DNA of 64,000 bases from Candidatus Eiseniibacteriota bacterium (GTDB lineage Bacteria > Eisenbacteria > RBG-16-71-46 > CAIMUX01 > VGJL01): NCBI GenBank assembly GCA_963792585.1, contig CAWBWI010000001.1, positions 736,001 to 800,000 of the forward strand, in the 5' to 3' direction. The notes beneath the pieces were generated by a model. It did no database searches, was not told the DNA's origin, and saw only the letters and a program-made list of their open reading frames with translations. Shown here piece after piece: positions 58,886 through 64,000 of this stretch (position 1 is the first letter of the stretch; each line of letters opens with the position of its first letter). The translations under genes and the position numbers were made by a program.

Positions 58886-60732
58886 GCCTGCGCCTCACCG
58901 GCCGGACCTGCGCCCGTCCAGCCGCGGTCGAGCGCCTCCCGCAGGGCTCGGGCGCGGATCGGACCGATCCCCGGCACGCGGGCGATCGTCTCCACCGACG
59001 CGCGGCGCATCGCCTCGAGGCTACCGAAGTGGCGCAGGAGTTGCGCGCGACGCCTCGGCCCGATCCCGGGAAGGGGGTCGAGGGCGGATCGCGTCTGGCC
59101 CTTGCTCCGGAGCGTGCGGTGGTAGGCGACGGCGAAACGATGGGCCTCGTCGCGTACCCGCTGGAGCAGGCGCAGCCCCGCCGAGCTTCGGGGCAGCCGT
59201 ACCGGTGTCTTCACCCCCGGAAGGACGACAAGCTCCTCCCGCTTCGCGAGGCCGAGGATCGGGATCGCCGTCCAGCCCTCCTCCTCGAGCACGTCGCGGG
59301 CGCGACCCACCTGTCCCTTCCCTCCATCGATCAGGATCAGGTCGGGCGGCGTTTCCCCTTCCTCCCTGAGACGACGCAGGCGACGCCGCAGGACCTCGCC
59401 GATCATGGCGAAGTCGTCGGGGCCCTGCACTTGCCGGATCCGATAGCGCCGGTAGCCGCTCTTCAGCGGGCTCCCATCCTGGAAACAGACGCGCGAGGCA
59501 ACGGCGTGGGTCTCCTGCAAATTCGAGATGTCGTAGCCCTCGATGCGGTACGGCGTCGCCGCCAGCTCCAGCCGCTCCTGGAGATCGTAGATTCCTGCGT
59601 CGACATGACCACGCCGATTGCGCTCCCTGAGTTCCTCCTCCTCGAGCCGCATGTGGGCGTTGTCCCGGGCCGCCTCGTGGAGGCGGCCGAGGACGCCTCC
59701 GCGCGCGACGCGGATGCGCACGGGCTTGCCGGCGCGCTCGGTGAGTCCGTCCTGCAGAAGCTCGACCTCGCGCGGCGTCTCCCCCGTCACGATCTCGGGC
59801 GGCACCTGGGGCGACTCCAGATAGACCCGCGCGATCACGGTTCGCAGGATTTCCGCGACGGGGGTCTCTTCGGCGCGCGACATCATCCGCGTTTCCTTGC
59901 CGAGCACCTTCCCGTCCCGGACGTGGAGGGTCGCGCAGCACGCGGTTCCGCCCCTGGCGACAACGCCGATCACGTCGGTGTCCGCCGCAAGGGAAGGAGT
60001 CATTCGCTGCTGCTGGGCGATTCGCTCGAGCGTCTCGATGTCATCCCGAAGGCGTGCTGATTCCTCGAATCGAAGCTCCGCCGCCGCGGCGAGCATCTGC
60101 GAGCGCAGCTCTTCGACCACCGATGCGACGCCGCCCTCCAGGAATCGAACGAGGCGGCCGACGGTGGCGGCATAGGCGTCCCGCTCGATCCGCTTCGTGC
60201 AGGGGGCGGGACAACGCTCGATGAAGAACTCGAGGCACTCCCGTTCCTCGCGGTCCACCCGCCGGTCCGTGCAGTTGCGCAGCGGGAAAACCTTTCGCAG
60301 GGTCTTCAGCGTCTGGCGGAGGTCCTTCACGTGCGTGTAGGGGCCGAAATAGCGCGACCCGTCCGCGACGATCTTGCGCGTGAGGAAGAGCCCCGGAAAA
60401 CGATGGTAGAGCGAGACCTTTAGATACGGGTAGCGCTTGTCGTCCTTCAACTCGATGTTGAATGCTGGACGGTGGCGCTTGATCAGGTTCGCCTCGAGGA
60501 TGAGCGCCTCGTTCTCGTTGGCGGTGACGATGGTGTCGAGATCGACGATCCGCTCCACCAGCAGGTCCAGCCTCGCGTCCATCCCCGGTTTCCGGCGGAA
60601 GTAGCTGCGGACCCGCAGGTGGAGGCGCTTTGCCTTGCCCACGTAGAGAATTTCGTCGCCCCTGTCCCGGAAGAGGTAGACCCCGCTACGGTCCGGCAGC
60701 AGGCGGAGCTTGGCCTCGAGTCGTTCGTTCAT
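58882..60732 (-). CDS. uvrC: Excinuclease ABC subunit C
   Basis: GIY-YIG (GVY..YVGKA), IEGYDISN, DDFAM, PDLILIDGGKGQ, RDEAHRFA, HhH. Confidence 0.97.
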   Translation of the reverse strand: MNERLEAKLRLLPDRSGVYLFRDRGDEILYVGKAKRLHLRVRSYFRRKPGMDARLDLLVERIVDLDTIVTANENEALILEANLIKRHRPAFNIELKDDKRYPYLKVSLYHRFPGLFLTRKIVADGSRYFGPYTHVKDLRQTLKTLRKVFPLRNCTDRRVDREERECLEFFIERCPAPCTKRIERDAYAATVGRLVRFLEGGVASVVEELRSQMLAAAAELRFEESARLRDDIETLERIAQQQRMTPSLAADTDVIGVVARGGTACCATLHVRDGKVLGKETRMMSRAEETPVAEILRTVIARVYLESPQVPPEIVTGETPREVELLQDGLTERAGKPVRIRVARGGVLGRLHEAARDNAHMRLEEEELRERNRRGHVDAGIYDLQERLELAATPYRIEGYDISNLQETHAVASRVCFQDGSPLKSGYRRYRIRQVQGPDDFAMIGEVLRRRLRRLREEGETPPDLILIDGGKGQVGRARDVLEEEGWTAIPILGLAKREELVVLPGVKTPVRLPRSSAGLRLLQRVRDEAHRFAVAYHRTLRSKGQTRSALDPLPGIGPRRRAQLLRHFGSLEAMRRASVETIARVPGIGPIRARALREALDRGWTGAGPAGEAQA

Positions 60733-60789
60733 CTTCGGGAGAGCGTATCACGAGGGTTCCGTCGGCGCCTCCCCGGCGGAAAAGCGGAT

Positions 60790-60814
60790 GGGGAGCCGTT
60801 GAGACCGGCTCCCC
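60790..60814 (-). terminator. Hairpin downstream of tRNA-Arg
   Basis: GGGGAGCCG...CGGCTCCCC 9-bp stem. Confidence 0.5.
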
Positions 60815-60819
60815 GTCTT

Positions 60820-60893
<74 letters not shown>

Positions 60894-60938
60894 TCGACGA
60901 TCGCAATTGCTACCGATACCAGTCGCAGCCGAAAGGGG

Positions 60939-61490
60939 TCAAGGGGCCCCTTCCGAGGGAGCATATCGAACCAGCGACTCGACGGGCGCATCGGTCAAGC
61001 GCCCGCGGCCGCCGAGGGCGTCGATCTCCGCGAGAAAGAGATATCCGGCGACGTCTCCTCCGGCCCTGCGCACGAGGCGCCCCGTCGCCGCCGCGGTACC
61101 CCCCGTGGCGAGCACGTCGTCGACGATCCAGGCGACCGCCCCGCGCGGAATCGCGTCCGCATGCATCTCGAGCGTTCCCTCGCCATACTCGAGGGCATAG
61201 CGCTCGGAAATCGTCTCGAACGGCAACTTCCCGGGTTTGCGCACGAGGACCATCGGCAGGCCCCGGCGCAGAGCAATCCCCGCTCCCAGGACGAATCCGC
61301 GCGCCTCGACCGCCACGACATGCGTCGCGGTCGCGCCCGCCGGCGAGTCGGCCATCGCCGCGATCGTTTCCCCGAAGAGCTCGGGTCTCAAGAGCAGCGT
61401 GCTCACGTCCCGGAACAGGACCCCCGGCTGCGGGAAATCGGGGATGTTGCGGATCGCGCTGCGGACCCGGGCGGAAAGATCATTGTTCAT
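60939..61490 (-). CDS. apt: Adenine phosphoribosyltransferase
   Basis: IPDFPQPGVLFRD, EARGF, RKPGKLP, YALEYG, VDDVLATGGT. Confidence 0.96.
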   Translation of the reverse strand: MNNDLSARVRSAIRNIPDFPQPGVLFRDVSTLLLRPELFGETIAAMADSPAGATATHVVAVEARGFVLGAGIALRRGLPMVLVRKPGKLPFETISERYALEYGEGTLEMHADAIPRGAVAWIVDDVLATGGTAAATGRLVRRAGGDVAGYLFLAEIDALGGRGRLTDAPVESLVRYAPSEGAP

Positions 61491-61518
61491 GGGGATCCTC
61501 GTTTGCGGGGGGGAAGAA

Positions 61519-61594
<76 letters not shown>

Positions 61595-61653
61595 ACCCGA
61601 CCGAAACTTCCTTGCGAAACCTATCACCCGACCCGCTATCTGACAAGCACCTT

Positions 61654-62318
61654 TCAACCACGCCCCTCCTGCCAGCCCTCGCGCCCGATGAGGGGCACGA
61701 AAGAGCAAAGGCAGCTTTCCTCCTCGTGGAAGCCGTCCACGCGCCGCTCGATGATCCGGAGCACTTGCTGCGAACCGGCTCCGATCGGGATCACCAATCG
61801 CGCCCCCATCGCGAGTTGCTCTCGGAGGCTGTCCGGCATCTTCGGCGCCCCTGCAGTGACGACGATCCCGTCGAACGGGGCGAACTGCTTCCAACCGACC
61901 GTGCCGTCCCCTACACGTTGCACGACGTTCGTGATCGAGGCGTCGGCGAGTATCTTCTGGGCGCGCTGGGCCAGGGGCGCGATTCGCTCGACCGTGAAGA
62001 CGGTGCGCACGAGCGTGGCGAGGATCGCGGCCTGGTAACCCGATCCCGTTCCGATCTCGAGAATGCGATCGTCCGGCTGCGGCTGCAGCGCCTCGGTCAT
62101 GAGGGCGACCATGTAGGGCTGCGAGATGGTCTGGCCGTGACCGATCGGGAGCGCATAGTCGCCGTATGCCCCCCCTGCATCGCCGGCTCGACGAACAGGT
62201 GGCGCGGCACCTTCAGGAACGCGTCGAGGACCCGCTCATCGCGGATGCCCCGAGAGCGAAGCTGCTGCTCGACCATCCTGGTCCGAGCCGCGACCGGATC
62301 GACGCCCGGCTCGTTCAC
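61654..62318 (-). CDS. pcm: Protein-L-isoaspartate O-methyltransferase, one frameshift in G7 run at 62169-62175
   Basis: MVEQQLRSRGI, VPRHLFV, PIGHGQTISQP, LEIGTGSGYQAA, APFDGIVVTA, FVPLIG. Confidence 0.92.
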
Positions 62319-63082
62319 TTCCCGGTCCCGCCGGAAAGGTCCCACGCCGCGAGTCCCTCCATGGCCCGGTAGTCGGTCGCATCCAGTTGGATCGGCGTGA
62401 TCGAGACGTAGCCCTCGTCGACCGCATCGAGGTCACTGCCCGGCTGCGCATCCCACGTCGGCTTGTCGCCCCCGATCCAGTAATAGGGGCGCCCGCGCGG
62501 GTCGGTCTTCCCGACGATCCGGTCACGGTAGATGCGTTTCCCGAGACGCGTGATCCTGTATCCCTTGATCTCCTCCTCGGACAGCGACGGCACGTTCACG
62601 TTGACCAGGGTGCCGTCCGGCAGCCCATGCTCCATGAGGCTCCGCACGACCGTGCGCGCCACGGCTCCCGCAGCGACGAAGCCGCCGGGACGCCAGTCGT
62701 CGAGCGAGATCGCAATCGCGGGACATCCCATCATCCGACCCTCGATCGCCGCGGCCACGGTTCCGGAGTACGACACGTCGTCCCCCAGATTCGCCCCGTG
62801 ATTGATGCCGGAGACGACGAGGGCAATCGGCGCCTCGATCAAGTCGGGGACTCCCCTGCATGCGAGCAGAACGCAATCGGTCGGGGTCCCGTCGACGGCG
62901 AAGGTTCGTGGTCCCAGCTGCCGGACGCGCAGGGGCCGGTGCAACGTGAGCGCGTGGCTCGTGGCGCTCTGCTCCCGTTCGGGGGCGACGACCCAGATCC
63001 TCCCGAGCGGCTCGATGGCCTCCCGGAGCGCCGATAGACCTTCGGCGAGTATCCCGTCGTCATTGGTGAGCAGAATGTCCAT
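62315..63082 (-). CDS. surE: 5'/3'-nucleotidase SurE
   Basis: [40 protein letters not shown]. Confidence 0.96.
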   Translation of the reverse strand: MDILLTNDDGILAEGLSALREAIEPLGRIWVVAPEREQSATSHALTLHRPLRVRQLGPRTFAVDGTPTDCVLLACRGVPDLIEAPIALVVSGINHGANLGDDVSYSGTVAAAIEGRMMGCPAIAISLDDWRPGGFVAAGAVARTVVRSLMEHGLPDGTLVNVNVPSLSEEEIKGYRITRLGKRIYRDRIVGKTDPRGRPYYWIGGDKPTWDAQPGSDLDAVDEGYVSITPIQLDATDYRAMEGLAAWDLSGGTGK

Positions 63083-63114
63083 TGGGATCCCGAGGGGCCC
63101 TGGTCGGAAAAGAG

Positions 63115-63192
<78 letters not shown>

Positions 63193-63318
63193 CCTTCATC
63201 GTTTGGTTCGTGCCATGTCTCCGGCACGAGCCCAGCAAAGCGAGTATCCCTCGGGACCCACCCCTTTTGCAAGGGACTTGGCGGGACCCGAGGGACGCTG
63301 CATTCGTGAGTGGTTTGG

Positions 63319-63996
63319 CTACGCCCGCTTGCGTTTTCTCGCCACGGCCGCGCCGATGAGACCCCCGCCGAGGAGCAGGATGCTCGTCGGTTCGGGGATG
63401 GGGGTCGTCACCGTATCCGGAACGAGCAGGTGGTTGCCGATGGAGCCGTCTGCGGCGGGATCGCTCGGGTCGGTGTCGTTGACGAAGAACCCCGCGTTCC
63501 AGGCGGCATTCTGTCCGTAACCGCCCGCATTCCCGTCCTTCGAGTAGAAGTCGCCCCACATCGGCCGGCGATCGCTGTCGAAGGCAACGTGAGTGGTCGT
63601 TCCCAAAGCCCCATCGAACTTGACGGCATGGAGATTCTCGGGGATCAGAGGATTGCTGCCGCCCTCGGACCCGAACCAGTCGACGCCGAGGCTGCTGAAA
63701 TCCCCCGTCGCATTGGAGATGTTTGCGGTGGTGAAGGTTCGCGAAACCTCGAACAGCAAATGGCTCGTGGCGCCGGTGGGATGCGAGAACGTGTAGTCGT
63801 AATGCCACGTCAGGTCAGCATTCTGCGTGACGATCCAGTCGAGCCTCGTCGTGCCGCCGGCGATCCAGTTTCCGTTGCCGAGGATCCCCCCGTCGGCGCT
63901 CGAGAGGTAGCCGACGAAGGCTTGAGAGGCCGTCGGGAGCGCGGTCAGAAGGGCAATGTTGAGAATAAGTATGACGATCCGCAAGGAACGGCTCAT
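63319..63996 (-). CDS. PEP-CTERM sorting-domain protein
   Basis: Signal peptide (ASQA); C-terminal IPEPTSILLLGGGLIGAAVARKRKRA. Confidence 0.93.
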   Translation of the reverse strand: MSRSLRIVILILNIALLTALPTASQAFVGYLSSADGGILGNGNWIAGGTTRLDWIVTQNADLTWHYDYTFSHPTGATSHLLFEVSRTFTTANISNATGDFSSLGVDWFGSEGGSNPLIPENLHAVKFDGALGTTTHVAFDSDRRPMWGDFYSKDGNAGGYGQNAAWNAGFFVNDTDPSDPAADGSIGNHLLVPDTVTTPIPEPTSILLLGGGLIGAAVARKRKRA

Positions 63997-64000
63997 GACC

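Noticed and set aside
62169..62175. Phase-variable G7 tract in pcm
   Set aside because: Short tract in a housekeeping gene within a window full of similar indels; sequencing error is more likely

Overview
High-GC, gene-dense chromosomal segment of a diderm bacterium. The mix of FlgD/T9SS-like C-terminal domains, a TWG-x-x-R-x-L-F-R tail, PEP-CTERM proteins and a PorV-like barrel suggests an FCB-related candidate lineage such as Ca. Eisenbacteria (inference only). In order it holds: a GldA/F/G-DUF4340 ABC system; an orphan small basic protein; cutA; a SAM hydrolase; a PHP metallohydrolase; an extended TonB-ExbBDD operon with two coiled-coil proteins, a PstS-like protein, a TPR protein and a STAS protein; an exosortase/PEP-CTERM/Wza-Wzc exopolysaccharide locus (18.8-37.6 kb); an S41 protease; nucleotide-sugar genes; a PorV-SPOR protein and a sigma-54 two-component system; lptE-holA; an M16 peptidase; and a minus-strand block with PEP-CTERM, three tRNAs, surE, pcm, apt, uvrC, xerD and a SNF2/YqhG-like pair. 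Many genes, especially at 40-45 kb and 51-53 kb, carry single-base indels that look like long-read errors. No CRISPR array, rRNA, IS element or prophage was seen. The best lead is a tandem pair of paralogous secreted proteins with the same passenger domain but different tails, one PEP-CTERM and one short TWGKVRGLFR motif, which suggests a separate C-terminal sorting signal. Other leads are a kinase-less PrsK-like sensor, a catalytically degenerate phosphoglycosyl transferase fused to a CapD/PglF dehydratase, and a possible single-chain envelope-spanning protein in the TonB operon. All product calls are by-eye motif recognition, not database searches.
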